A stretch of DNA of 64,000 nt, taken from the NCBI RefSeq assembly GCF_006345805.1, contig NC_043021.1:21390001-21454000 (forward strand), read 5' to 3'. The position numbers and the translations under genes are program-made. Positions 49,069-62,640 of this stretch are shown piece after piece. Under the pieces are notes generated by a model. The model did no database searches. It saw nothing but the letters and a program-made list of their open reading frames with translations, and had not been told where the DNA came from. The DNA is from Octopus sinensis. Lineage: Eukaryota. Position 1 is the first letter of the stretch. Each line of letters begins with the position of its first letter.

Positions 49069-49487
49069 CATTTCTTTACTACCCACAAGGGGCTAAACAC
49101 AGAGGGGACAAACAAAGACAGACAAACGGATTAAGTCGATTATATCGACCCCAGTGCATAACTGGTTCTTAATTTATCGAACCCGAAAGGATGAAAGGCA
49201 AAGTCGACCTTGGCGGAATTTGAACTCAGAACGTAGCGGCAGACGAAATACCAATTTCTTTACTTCCCACAAGGGGCTAAACACAGAGGGGACAAACAAG
49301 GCCAGACAAACGAACTAAGTTGATTACATCGACCCCAATGCGTAACTGGTACTTATTTAATCGACCCCGAAAGGATGAAAGGCAAAGTCGACCTCGGCGG
49401 AATTTGAACTTAGAACGTAACGGTAGACGGAATACGGCTACGCATTTCGCCCGGCGTGCTAACGTTTCTGCCAGCTCGCCGCCTTAT
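49069..49487 (-). mobile_element. Family B SINE dimer (one head, two bodies) with a single 14-bp TSD
   Basis: TSD GTAAAAATATTCCT at 49055-49068 and 49488-49501; internal junction GACGAAATACC|AATTTCTT at 49252/49253. Confidence 0.88.
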
Positions 49488-50104
49488 GTAAAAATATTCC
49501 TGTCTATCCAAAGACACTCCTTTCAATTTCCATTATTGGCAATGTTTATATAAACAAAATTTAAACAGATTCTGCTTATAAAAGACTATCTGAACATCAC
49601 CAACTACTCAATGACCCATACATACAATAAATTTGAAAAAATGTTTCCTTAGAAAAGGTCCAAAACCCACAAAAAATATGTCTGTGGTCCATCCTATGTC
49701 GAATCTTGCCTTGCATCAAATAAATGTAGGTTTCCTGGGATCAGGGCAGTCCCTGGACTAAACAACCATAACAACAACTACAACACTAACATTTCCTTAG
49801 ATGCAATACAATGTGATCAAGAATGCGACCACCACCACCACCGGCAACATTGACAACCACCACAAAACAAAGTCTTTTTCTTTCTTTCTTTCTTCTTTTC
49901 TTCCCCTTAACTTCCCACAATAACAGCATCAGCCACTCAACCATAAATAATAACTTTCTATCAAAACTTTCATGCTTTGGAAACTTTAGTAGACTCATGA
50001 ATCACACCAATTCACTGAATTAGTCCTTCTTCACTCAGCCAGCCAGCCAACCAGCCAGTCAGTTAGTTAGTTAAAACAGAGAACTTATCAGAGAGAGTGA
50101 TTGC

Positions 50105-50192
50105 ATATAATATATATATATATACATATATACATATATATACATATATAATATATATATACATATAATACATATATATATACTATATATAC

Positions 50193-50227
<35 letters not shown>

Positions 50228-50280
50228 CATATATATATTATACATATATATAATAATATATACATATATATATATATTAC

Positions 50281-50315
<35 letters not shown>

Positions 50316-50341
50316 CATATATACATATATATATTATATAC

Positions 50342-50372
<31 letters not shown>

Positions 50373-50405
50373 CATATATATATATTATACATATATATAT
50401 ATTAC

Positions 50406-50452
<47 letters not shown>

Positions 50453-50971
50453 CATATATATTATACACATATATATATATACATATATACTATACATATA
50501 TACACATATACATATATACATATATATATATACATATATACATATACATATATACACATATACATATACATATAATATATACTATATACACATATATATA
50601 TATACATATATACATATATACACATATATATATATACTATATACATATATACATATATATATATACATATATACATATATAATATACATATATACATAAC
50701 ATATATACATATATATATATATACATATATATATATACATATATACTATACATATATACATATACTATATACATATACATATATACATATACATATAATA
50801 TATACATTATATATATACACATATATACACATATATATATATATATATACATATATACACATATATAATATATATATACATATATACATATATATATATA
50901 CATATATACATATATATATACATATATACATATATATATATACATATATACATATACATATATACATATAC

Positions 50972-51002
<31 letters not shown>

Positions 51003-51072
51003 CATATATATATATACATATATATATATATACATATATATATAAAATATATTATTACATATATATATATAC

Positions 51073-51104
<32 letters not shown>

Positions 51105-51105
51105 A
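50105..51105. repeat. About 1-kb (TA)n microsatellite with scattered CA interruptions
   Basis: Directly visible. Confidence 0.95.
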
Positions 51106-51443
51106 ATTAGACCAGGTTCAATGATGTCGGGGTCTCATGATTGAAATGAGACAAACAGCGCAAATAAAAACAAAAAAAATAAAACCAAATCAATAAACTT
51201 CTCCCCTGCTAATGTGACAATTGAAAATTGTCATCAAATTTGTTATGGCTCTGTGAGAGACTAAACACTGCTGGTGGTATATTCATATTATATACATTCT
51301 CATCACTGTGGTGTGTAATGTGCACAGCTCAGTGGTAACAGCCCTTATCTGTCTGGTTCTCTTCATTTCTGATTATTATATATATGTGTGTGTGTGTGTG
51401 TGGTGTGTGTATATATATGTATATTATATATATATCTATATAT

Positions 51444-51475
<32 letters not shown>

Positions 51476-51959
51476 GATAGATATAGATAGATATATGTAT
51501 ATAATATATAGAATATTGTATGTATATATATATATAGATATATATATATATAGATATATATAGATAGATAGATAGATAGATATGTGTGTATATATAAAAT
51601 ATATATATATATATATATATCTGTGTAAAGACAGGCATATGATGTGTAAAGTGTATATGTATGTGTAGACACATAGATACATATACAATATAAATGTATG
51701 CACAAACAGACACACATACACACACATATTCATGTGTGTCTGTGTATATATACACACACACACACACATATATTGATGGACATATCTACTACATACACAC
51801 ACACACACACACACATATACATAGACACACGCATATATATATACAGTTAGATGTATAGATAGTGACAGTGTCCTGTGCTCTGTTTGTTGTGCTTCACCAC
51901 ACACAGTCCAGTTTGGTTTGGTTTGGTTTGGTGCAAATGATACACATTTGACTTCCCCA

Positions 51960-52728
51960 ATCATCATTTTTGTCTCTGTGTCTGTCCGTCTCTCTCATTC
52001 CTCACCACTTCCAACATCTGCTGCCATCCCACCCACCATCGCCCGATACCTACCTTCATTATTATCACCAGCAATGATGAGTGACGTCCACCTTCACCCC
52101 CTTCAACACCATCATCACCATAACTACTACTACCACCATAACTACCACCACCACCACCACCACTACCATCATCATCATCACCATCACCACCACCACCACC
52201 ACCACAACCACCATCATCATCATCATCACCATCACCACCACCACCATCATCAACATCATCATCATCCTCATCATCACCACCATCATCATCATCATCATCC
52301 TCACCACCACCACCACCATCATCATCATTATTATTATTATCAGCCATAACAATCACTAAATCTATCATCACCGCCACCTCCACCACCAACAACTACCACG
52401 ACCAGTCATCAACGACCACCACCAATTATTATTTTCCATCAACGCTATCACCACCACCACCACCACCACCACCTACTTAACACCATCGTTATCATCAACA
52501 GCCATGAACATCAACAACTTCGTCATCCTCATCAACACTGCTATCATCGGCCTCATCACCACCACTCATCCATAACCAACATCACACCACTACCACCACC
52601 ACCGCCGCTGCCACCAAGACCATCAGGAACACCGGCATTATCACCATCGCGATCACTCTCACCATCATCATCATCATTGCCATAAATAATATCAGCATCA
52701 TTACCAACGTCATTATCTTCATCATCAC

Positions 52729-52759
<31 letters not shown>

Positions 52760-52770
52760 CTAATCATGCA
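51960..52770. repeat. Degenerate (CAC)n/(CAT)n trinucleotide tract
   Basis: Directly visible; source of the poly-His, poly-Asp and poly-Met ORFs. Confidence 0.9.
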
Positions 52771-53244
52771 AACAACATGCAAGCCAGCCAAAAGTAATGT
52801 AGAGAAGGTCACATTGGAATGGACACAATGTTTAGAAGCCTGGTTGACCAGCCAACCAACCGGTCAATGTCTTAATAAAGCTAATTCTAGTTTCTGGGGA
52901 AAAACAACAGCTTTTTCCACAGTAATAATTGAGTTCTCTTGATCATCTTCACAACAAATATCTCTTAATATGAAGAGAGAGAATCATGTAATATTCACAT
53001 GACCCAAACACAGATTTTCTATTTTTGGTTTGGTTTTGCTTTGGTCTTCTGTGTGAAGTCAATGGCCCAGTGGTTCGAGCATTGCACAGGATTGTAGGTT
53101 TGATCTCCAGATTTCCAGACACTTCACTAAAACATTTCATTTCACATCGCTCCAGTTCACTCAGCTCTGGATGAGTAACCCTATGATGGATTGGCATCTT
53201 GTTCAGGGGGAATATTCTTTTCTATTCCAGGCATTAGTCCAGAA

Positions 53245-53565
53245 ACTGATATTTAATTTATCAACCCTGAAAGGATGAAAGGCAGTCAACCTCAGTGGAA
53301 TTTGAACTCAGAATGTAAAGACAGATGAAATACCTATTTCTTTACTACCCACAAGGGGCTAAACACAGAGAGGACAAACAAGGACAGATAAACAGATTAA
53401 GTTGATTATATCGACCCCAGTGCGTAGCTGGTACTTATTTAATCGACCCCAAAAGGATAAAAGGCAAAGTCGACCTCGGCGGAATTTGAACTTAGAACGT
53501 AGCAGCAGACGAAATACCGCTAAGCATTTCGGCTGGCGTGCTAACGTTTCTGCCAGCTTGCTGCT
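53245..53565 (-). mobile_element. Family B SINE composite with the same junction as 49069-49487
   Basis: GATGAAATACC|TATTTCTTTACTACCC at 53334/53335. Confidence 0.8.
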
Positions 53566-53863
53566 TTGTTCAGCTGCAGATGAGTAATTGATGATAGATT
53601 GGCATCTTGTTCAGAAGGACTATTGTGATCTTGGTCCTTACGCATCATGTAAACTGGGTAACTGGTTTGATGATTCTAAGAAGCAAGACGGTACTTACTT
53701 TTTTTTTATTTCTTTGTCTTCTGTGGGAACCTAACATGGCAGATTTTGGATGCAAGGTCAGGTGATTAAGAAATTTGTTTGCTTTATTTTGCTTCTTAGG
53801 TGTGATGCCACTGGATAATGGCACCTCATGAGACAGTCATCAACTACAGCTCTGGACTGACAT

Positions 53864-54393
53864 CGATCGATGGCAATCCCTCAAGGTCGAGGATGATGGT
53901 CTTCGCGCAAATTTACTGGTGAGACCGTAGGTGACCAATAAGACCAATTCTTGCTTGAAAAGATCGGTCGCAGTGCGGACTTCTAGTGCCGGAAGGGAGA
54001 GGCGCACGTGGTTGTTGTTGGCGCTCCTTCCGTTGTTGTCTTTTCTCCTCCAGCTCTGCAGACCTTTTCGACTCGAAAGTCGCCGTTCCCTCATGGATGG
54101 TGGTTTTCCAGAGTGGTCTGTTTTTTGCCGTTTCCTCCCAGTTAGCGAAGTTGATGTCACACTTTTTGAGGTTCGTTTTCTGGGAGTCTTTGTAGCGTTT
54201 CTTCTGGCCTCCTTTTGTACACTTGCCGTCTTTGAGTTGGGAGTAGAAGATCTGTTTGGGAAGTCGTTCGTCAGTCATTCTAACCACGTGGCCGCTCCAT
54301 CTTAGTTGGCCTTTGATGACATAGGCCTCGATGCTGGTCATTTTTGCTTCTTGTAGCACGCTGACGTTAGTTCTTCTGTCTTCCCAGCAGAAA
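53864..54393 (-). mobile_element. RTE-clade LINE 3' end with C-terminal C2H2-like finger, 9-bp TSD
   Basis: WEDRRTNVSVLQEAKMTSIEAYVIKGQLRWSGHVVRMTDERLPKQIFYSQL..GGQKKRYKD..NWEETAKNRPLW..HCDRSFQARIGLIGHLRSHQ*; TSD GACTGACAT at 53855-53863 and 54394-54402. Confidence 0.92.
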
Positions 54394-54963
54394 GACTGAC
54401 ATAAATTGTATAGAAAGAAAAGAGTGAAATTGTATAGAAAGAAAACTACATGGAAGCATGTCAGAAAATGCACTGTACATGGTTTCTTTTTCTTTTTTTG
54501 TTTGTTTTCTTTTCAATCAATCGATCATGAGAAGAAAAGCTGCATTAATGACATATTTCGCTAAATAAGTGACAACTAAGATGAAATCTAGCAAACAATT
54601 TGAAAATCAAAGCTTTTATCATGTAATTGTTCATCTACAAACACACACACACATATATGTATACACAAACACACACACATATATATACATACATGTGCAT
54701 CAATATATATATGCACGTATATATGTGTATATATACATATATATATACAAGCACACATATATGTACATACATGTATGTGTGTGTGTGTATATAAATTTAT
54801 ATATATATACATACATATATATATATATACACGCACACTAGCCCATGTACATGTGGGTGTGTATACATAATTATAACTAATGAGCTTCATTCAGTTTCCA
54901 TCAACCAAATTCATTCACAATGTTTTGGTCAGTCTACATACAGAGAGACACACACAGACACAT

Positions 54964-55004
<41 letters not shown>

Positions 55005-55018
55005 TGCATATATACATA

Positions 55019-55183
55019 GGCGCAAGAGTGGCTGTGTGGTAAGTAGCTTGTTTACCAACCACATGGTTCCGGGTTCAGTCCCACTGCATGGCACCTTGGG
55101 CAAGTGTCTTCTACTATAGTCTCGGGCCGACCAAAGCCTTGTGAGTGGATTTGGTAGATGGAAACTGAAAGAAGCCCATCGTA

Positions 55184-55226
<43 letters not shown>

Positions 55227-55424
55227 GTGTGTCTGTGTTTGTCCCCCCAACATCGCTTGACAACCGATGCTGGTGTGCTTGTGTCCCCGTAACTTAGCGG
55301 TTCAGCAAAAGAGACCAATAGAGTAAGTACTAGGCTTACAAAGAATAAGTCCTGGTGTCGATTTGCTCGATCGACTAAAGACGGTGCTCCAGCATGGCCG
55401 CAGTCAAATGACTGAAACAATTAA
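55019..55424 (+). mobile_element. Family A SINE, full length
   Basis: Full family A layout. Confidence 0.9.
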
Positions 55425-56597
55425 AAAAAAAATTTTTTTAAATACATACATAAAGACATACACGGGGGGGGGGGGAGCTTGTCACACTCACACACTGTGT
55501 CGCAGAGACACAGTCTGAGCAAACTATCAGAGTATTTATATTTAAGCTTACAAGTGTCAATGGAATACACAGCCACTTCATAAGACTCTGATACACTCTG
55601 GTACCATAAACTGATAGTTCCATTGCCGACAACAACGACCAACAACTACGACTGACACAACAGAAACATTCATTAATCCTAACAGATGTCAAAAACCATT
55701 CATTCAACATGGCAGCCTGATATAGTTCCTCCCCCTAGCTCCACCCACCACCCACACATAATCTATGTAATCTCATCAGTATATACACCCACGCCTTATG
55801 CACCACCCACACCTAAAACAAACAGTATCAACTGCAAGAAAAATAATACTTAAGAGAGACCAGCAAGAAATACCAAGATCGAAGGTGTTTTGGGATCCTT
55901 TTTGTTTTGTTTTATAGTTGTGGTTATTGTTTTGTTTTTGTTAAGTTTTTGGAAATCTATTATTTTTGCTTTTTTTAGCGGATCTCCATTTTTGTATTCT
56001 TTTTCTTTCTCTCTCATATATATATATATATATATACACGTGTGTGTGTGTGTGTGTGTGGTGTGTGTGTGTGTGTGTGTGGTGTATTATTTTATGCAAT
56101 GCAGTAGTAAGGGAATGGAAGGAATTTCAGTGGGGTCGAGGGGATGGTTTTGGTCCCTTGCTCACTGAATCCTAATGCATAGCTTTTTTTTCTTGAGAGA
56201 GAGAGAGAGAGAGAGAGAGTAAGAGAGAGAGAGTGAGAGACAGACAGAGAGAGAGAGAGAAAGATAGAGAGAGACAGAAAGAGAGAGAGAGAGACAGAAA
56301 GAGAGAGAGAGACAGAAAGAGAGAGAGAGAGACAGACAGAGAGACAGAGAAAGAGAGACAGAGAAAGAGAGAGAGAGAGAAACAGAGAGAAAGAAAGAAA
56401 GAGAGAAAGAGACAGACAGACAGACAAACAGAGGGGGAAGTTGCTAAAAAAAACATTTGCTTTTTTGATAGATAATCATTTGAGTTTGTGCACATGTATA
56501 CAGACATGCATATACACACATTGCCTAGTACCACGCAAATACATGAATGGTACGCTTCCCTTCAATACAACCTTCATTCTCTCTCCCTTACTCTCTT

Positions 56598-56629
<32 letters not shown>

Positions 56630-57302
56630 TATCTGTCTGTCTGTCTGTCTGTCCACACATGCACGAGCATACACCCACAGAGACACATACACAAACAAAC
56701 ACTGTCGCAAGAAAAAAGTTTCTTAATCGTTATCTCCCTGCCTAGAGAGAGAGAGAGAGAGAGAGAGAGCAAGAGAGAAAGAGAGCAAGAGAGAAAGAGA
56801 GCAAGAGAGAGAGAGAGAGCAAGAGAGATGTGGAAGGAAAATAGACGAAGAGGAAGAAGAATATGAAGAAGAAAAATATGAAGAAGAAGAATGAGAAGAA
56901 GAAGAAGAATATGAAGAAGAAGAATGAGAAGAAGAAGAAGAAGAAGAAGAAGAAGAAGAAGGAGGAGGAGGAGGAGGAGGAGATGGAGAAGAAGAAGAAG
57001 AAAAGATGCAGAAGGAAAAAAGGAAAGAACAAAAAGAATAAACAATTAACACTTCATATAAAAAAAAACAAGAATACAGCAACCAAGGAAGGAAAAAAAA
57101 AGTAGAATGACAAGAACAACAAGAGGAACACTAGAGAAATGGAAAAGTGCTGAGACAAGTCAATATCAGGAATGTGTGTATATACATATATATACATGTA
57201 TATATATATATTGTAATGAGTCAAAAGAGATGCTGCTAAGGATTTTGTACAATGCACAAATAATTCTTATTTCTTTATTGCCCACAAGGAGCTAAACACA
57301 GA

Positions 57303-57741
57303 GATGGCACGTAAAAAGCACCATCCGTTCGTGGCCATTGCCAACCTCCCCTGGCCCCCATGCCGGTGACACGTAAAAAGCACCATCTGATCGTGGCCGT
57401 TTGCCAGCCTCGTCTGGCACCTGTGCCTGTGGCACGTAAAAAGCACCATCCGTTCGTGGCCGTTTGCCAGCCTCGTCTGGCACCTGTGCCTGTGGCACGT
57501 AAAAAAAGCACCATCCGATGTGGGTGTTTGCCAGCCTCGACTGGACCCCGTACCGGTGGCACGTAAAAAACACCCACTACACTCACGGAGTGGTTGGCAT
57601 TAGGAAGGGCATCCAGCCGTAGAAACATTGCCAGATCAGACTGGGCCTGGTGCAGCCTTCTGGCTTCCCAGACCCCAGTTGAACCGTGCAACCCATGCTA
57701 GCATGGAAAGCGGACGCTAAATGATGATGATGATGATGATG
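57303..57741 (+). mobile_element. Family D RTE 3' UTR with five tandem units of about 62 bp
   Basis: Five (GTGCC.GT)GGCACGTAAAAAGCACC motifs with related spacers and a (GAT)n tail. Confidence 0.85.
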
Positions 57742-59946
57742 ACAATAAAAATTACTTTTCGTTAGTAAGGTGGACTTAGTAGTAAATTTATAATTCGTAT
57801 GTATGGTTGAATGAGGTTTTGTACGATGGATGTATATCACCTGCTACTCTTGTTATACAGAGAAATAGTAGCATATTGTAACATAGTAGAGGTAATGGCA
57901 ACTGTTTCTGAATTTTTTTTTTTTTTCATTTTCTCTCGTTCTTTTATTCTTGTTCTTTTATTTCTCTGAGCTGAAACCTAATAACAATATCAATTGTTAT
58001 CTTGTCTTTTGTGTCAGAATATTCATCATGTTTTGGAGTGTGCATGTTTATGAGAGCATGTATGCAAGAGGCAGACAGACAGACAAAGTGCGTTGGGGGT
58101 GGGGTGTTCATTTAAACAAATAACCCACAAAGTTTTAAAAGATAAAGAATGCAAAACTAGTTTAGAATGGAGTATCACAAATGGATTTTGCTCCTTTTTT
58201 TTCTTTATGATTAGATGGAAAAGCAAGATTACTAACAAGGATATTGTGCAGTAAAATTGGATGATAGATTAAATTTACCACCCAAGTAGGCCACAGCAGG
58301 ATCTGAACTCTGAATGCAAAGGACCAGAACAAGTAGAACAAGACATCCTGTTCACTACTTTAACATTTCTGCCAGTCTAGAATCTTAGATACTTTATTTA
58401 TCGACCCACCTCCCTCCATCCCCTCAAAAGATGTCAAAGTTGGTCTTGGTAAGGTTTGAACTCAGCCTGGTACAAATGCCATGAGTCATTTAATCTGATG
58501 ATCTGATAATTCTAGCAACTTGCCAGCACTAGAACTTCTGTGAACCAAGAGATTCTTCAGAAATAAAAAAAAAAAAATTAAATAGATAAAAAAACACCAG
58601 ACCAGATTCTATCTCATAAAAGATCAGAGAACAGCTTTGTTCTGGAGGGAGGAAAAAATTGTTTTTTAAATAAGAGGAGAAAAATGAAAACAAAAATTTC
58701 TATGGAAGGTCTCAACATGAATGTACTATAAGTGCATAGAAGTCGAACACAGCATTGTTATTTTAAATCGGATACCGGTGAGCCAAAGATTATTTTTACA
58801 GACTCCCCCGTTATCTCCTCTTTCGCTCGCTGTATATTTGACATTGATCTAACCGATAAGACAGACAAATGGTTTTCACAGCTAGTAAGTCGAGCCAGCA
58901 GTCCAGTCCGACTGGCTCTCTCTGCTCAGCTTAGCTTAGCGGTAGCTTTAGCTTAGTAAGATAGATAGATATTATATTTGACTGTCAAAGATATTACATT
59001 TACAGTAATATATTTTACAATAATGGGTTCTCAATATAAAACCCCGCTACCCCTGTGTTGCCACCATTACATTATTTAGTAGCCTTAGTAATACAACTGA
59101 TTAAGAACAGGAAGATGCAAAACATTAAGAAAAATAAATGAATAAATAAAGTAAAAGACAGACAACAAGCAAAACATTTAAAAAGCCGAACTGGTGGTGG
59201 ACAAAACAAATTGCCCAAGAAATATTGAGGAATTAAATTAGACAAGCAAAAAGGTAAATGATCTTAGCCTGAGCTGTCTTCTAACAGAACATTCACGCCC
59301 ACTCACCCACCCATGCCCATCACCTTGATGTATGAACGAGATAAAATAGATAAAAGGAAAGAAAGGAGGAAGGAAGGACGGGAAAGACTAAAAGAAAACA
59401 TTAAGAAAATGAGATGATCATTCTGTATAAAATAGAATATAAGAATGGACAAAAGAAAAAGAAACAACGAAAAAAGGGAGAGAAAACAAAGGAAGGAAGG
59501 AAAAACAGAAGAGGAAGGAAGGAAGGAAGGAAAGGAAACACGAATAAGGTGGGGAGTGGTGATAGGAGGGATGTAGTGGCTGCTATTAACCTCCTGGCAT
59601 CCCACCTCTGATTTTTAATCAATCTTTGGACTGTAACCTCACTTCCACTCCATTCTGTCTTCAGTGGAAACCTTTAGCAAACACAGCTAGCGCTTAAGTG
59701 CAGGAATTGGATTTTGCTTGGAGGCTGCAAACCCAAGCCCAACCCAGGATGCTCAAAGCAACTTGATTGTGCACCCCCACCCATCAAAACAAATTTCAGG
59801 GCGTACCTTCGCATCCCCCGTTCCCAAGCCTATGACTTCATCCCTTCATTCCATTATCAAGGTTAGACCACATCAGAATAAAAATGACACTTAAAATATA
59901 CAATAATAACCAAAAGTGAAAGACAACAAAAAAAAATATCACTTAA

Positions 59947-60348
59947 CCCTTTCATTACCTGACTTTCTTTCAATTAAGTTTAAATATAACAAGGAATTTA
60001 GCAAAATAACTTAGTTATCATTAAGCTGGTGTTAGGAATATAAATTGTGACTAAGGTTTGGTGGAAGATTTTAACCCTTTCGTTACTGTATTTATTTTGA
60101 GATGCTCTGTGTTTCTTTCAATTATTTTAAATATAACAAAGAATTTAGTAAAATAACTTAGTTATCATTCAGCTAGTATTAGGAATATAAATTGAGAGTA
60201 AGGTTTGGTGGTATATTTTGATGCAAAACTTATAAAAACAAGACATTTGTACTACAGAGCCAGAGCCGGTTTTGTAACGAAAGGGTTAAAACAAGACATT
60301 TGTACTACAGAGCCAGAGGCAGTTCAATCCAGGTTGGTATTGAAAGGG
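59947..60348. mobile_element. piggyBac-type MITE with a same-family copy nested at 60075-60285
   Basis: TTAA at 59943-46, 60071-74, 60286-89 and 60349-52. Inner TIR CCCTTTCGTTAC/GTAACGAAAGGG; outer CCCTTTCATTACC/GGTATTGAAAGGG. Internal sequences are homologous. Confidence 0.88.
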
Positions 60349-60591
60349 TTAACACCAAATTACCCATAAAAACCACAATGCTGACATCAATGGTCAAAAA
60401 GTGTGGATGCCTTAACTGTGAAATACACACCATTCTTATATTTCTATAAGTCTGATGTGGGTTCTGCAGTACAAGTTATGAATTTAAATCTGGACATATT
60501 TTTACAGTGGAAAAAAATCACTTCATGTTTCATCAGTAACTTTATTCTATTTAATGTAAACGTTGCAAATTTAGGCTCATGGTCAGCAATT

Positions 60592-60808
60592 TGGTGGTGG
60601 CAGAAACGTTAGCACGCCGGACGAAATGCGTAGCCGTATTTCGTCTGCCGTTACGTTGTGAGTTCAAATTCCGCCAAGGTCAACTTTGCCTTTCATCCTT
60701 TCAGGGTCGATAAATGAAGTACCAGTTACGCACTGGGGTCGATGTAATCGACTTAATCTCCTTGTCTGTCCTCTCTGTGTTTAGCCCCTTGTGGGTAGTA
60801 AAGAAATA
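60592..60808 (+). mobile_element. Family B SINE
   Basis: GGCAGAAACGTTAGCACGCC...GTGGGTAGTAAAGAAATA. Confidence 0.88.
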
Positions 60809-61199
60809 AGTGGTGGTGGTGGTGGTGGTCGCGGCGGTGGTGGCAGGGGGGTTGTCAATGGTATTGATCTTTGTACTCGACTAGCACTTTATTACATCAA
60901 CCATGCAAGGATGAAGGGGAAAGTTGAACTCAAAATGTAAAGAGGTGGAAAAACTGCTGCTGAGTACTGTGTCCAACATGCTAACAGTTCTATCGGCTGG
61001 CATTGCCTTTTCTATAAAGCATAATGGACGTAACAAAGGTTACCTAAAAGCACCTATAAATGCACTCACCATCAGACCTGAGAAGTATAGAGAACGTACA
61101 AGGGCTTGAAGGCAAAGGTGAGGAATACGCACAACCGGTGTTTAGGGCTAGGGATTTTGTTATGCCGAAAACAGGTGATGTGCATATTCTTTACCTCTG

Positions 61200-61885
61200 C
61201 TGACTTGAAAAACCTTACTAATGGGTTTTGAGCCTGCCTATTCAAGATCCATGGTGCTGAAGGAAAAGAATTTGGTTGACAAATTCAATTTCTCAATAAC
61301 TGAAATTGTCATCTCCTCAAATAACAAAGCAGCCAGTGAAGAGGCTGGAGAAATTCATTGATTAGACTACGAAAGATTCTGTAGCTAGAGACCTTGAAAA
61401 GTGGCTCACTAGGGTTGATTAAAAGGGGCCTGTCTGGTAGATTCAAGGCCTGGATTTACCAATATTCTGAAATACTCCAAGTCTTGTGACCTTTACTGGT
61501 TTACAGAATTCTATCAAGAACAGGAGAACCCTCGAAGGAAAGATCAGTGATTTTTTGGGGTTTTTTTTGGGGGGGGGGTTGTAACTTGCTGGAGTTACAC
61601 AACCTCAGAAGTGCTTCACTGTAACATCTTGCAGCCTAACTGAAGACTTCAAGGCGACACATGCAAAAGACGTTTTATAATACACAGCATCAGAAGGTGT
61701 CATTAGCTGGCATCAGGGTGAGAACAGGGAAGAAATGGAAGGCAATGCCTAAAGCAAAAGCAACTGGTTGGCATCTTGGCAGCTGGCAGATAAGGCTTGT
61801 GATACTTCCCAAAGACTCGGGTTGACGAGGCCCAGGATAAAGAGAGGCATCATCTCATTCAAAAAGAGGTGCGGAGGAAGAATGA
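61200..61885 (+). mobile_element. Hero-clade (RLE-type) LINE fragment, post-RT region, many disablements
   Basis: GLSGRFKAWIYQY...(W)PLLVY, CSLTEDFKATHAKDVL, AGIRVRTGKKWKA and DEAQDKERHHLIQKEVR. These are collinear with motifs I recall from Hero ORFs (GLPGKFKAWIYQHG..WPLLVY, SSLTEEFK, AGIEVRTGRKW, DKAQGKERRHLVQEEVR). Confidence 0.65.
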
Positions 61886-62070
61886 ATAACTAGAATAGTG
61901 AAACACTGGAAGTAGTTTCCTCATAATTTCAGTGTCAAAATTATTCATGCAGCTATGACTTGCTTTGATGTTGTATCTGTTAAAAACTTTGTCTGACTTA
62001 TGACTACAAGAAAGATGTCTGTTGACTAACTTTAGGAAGGATGAGGCAAGACTAGACCAGACATTCAAAC
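61885..62070 (-). mobile_element. Penelope-like element RT-EN linker fragment
   Basis: FLKLVNRHLSCSHKSDKVFNRYNIKASHSCMNNF matches the PLE motif FLKLIDKHFP..H...KIFNRNTVKVSYSCMPN. Confidence 0.65.
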
Positions 62071-62111
62071 TGAAAGTGAGGAGGTTATACTAAATAGCAT
62101 TTCTTATATGT

Positions 62112-62278
62112 GCGCATGGGTAGTGGCTGTGTGGTAAGTAGCTTGCTAACCAACCACATGGTTCCGGGTTCAGTCGAACTGCGTGGCATCTTGGGCAAGT
62201 GTCTTCTGCTATAGCCCTGGGCCGACCAATGCCTTGTGAGTGGATTTGGTAGATGGAAACTGAAAGAAGCCTGTCGTA

Positions 62279-62325
<47 letters not shown>

Positions 62326-62550
62326 ATGTGTGTGTGTGTTTGTGTGTCTGTGTTTGTCTCCCTAGCATTGCTTGACAACCGATGCTGGTGTGTTTACGTC
62401 CCTGTCACTTAGCGGTTCGGCAAAAGAGACCGATAGAATAAGTACTGGGCTTACAAAGAATATGTCCCGGGGTCGATTTGCTCGACTAAAGGCGGTGCTC
62501 CAGCATGGTTGCAGTCAAATGACTGAAACAAGTAAAAGAGAGTAAAGAGT
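62112..62550 (+). mobile_element. Family A SINE, full length
   Basis: Full family A layout. Confidence 0.88.
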
Positions 62551-62640
62551 AATATATTACAAATACATATACATATTACAAATATATACATATTACATAT
62601 ATCATAAATATATAGTATATATATTACAAATATATATATA

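Noticed and set aside
51918-52392. Poly-histidine ORF
   Set aside because: (CAC/CAT)n tract with no unique coding flanks.
55421-55710. Minus-strand ORFs with a possible donor (GTAAGC)
   Set aside because: No recognisable domain and ambiguous acceptor choice; insufficient evidence for an exon.
57303-57575. CRISPR-like array of conserved motifs with spacers (also 16024-16426 and 16874-17350)
   Set aside because: The spacers are homologous to each other, the array lies in an RTE LINE 3' UTR with a (GAT)n tail, the context is eukaryotic and there are no cas genes.
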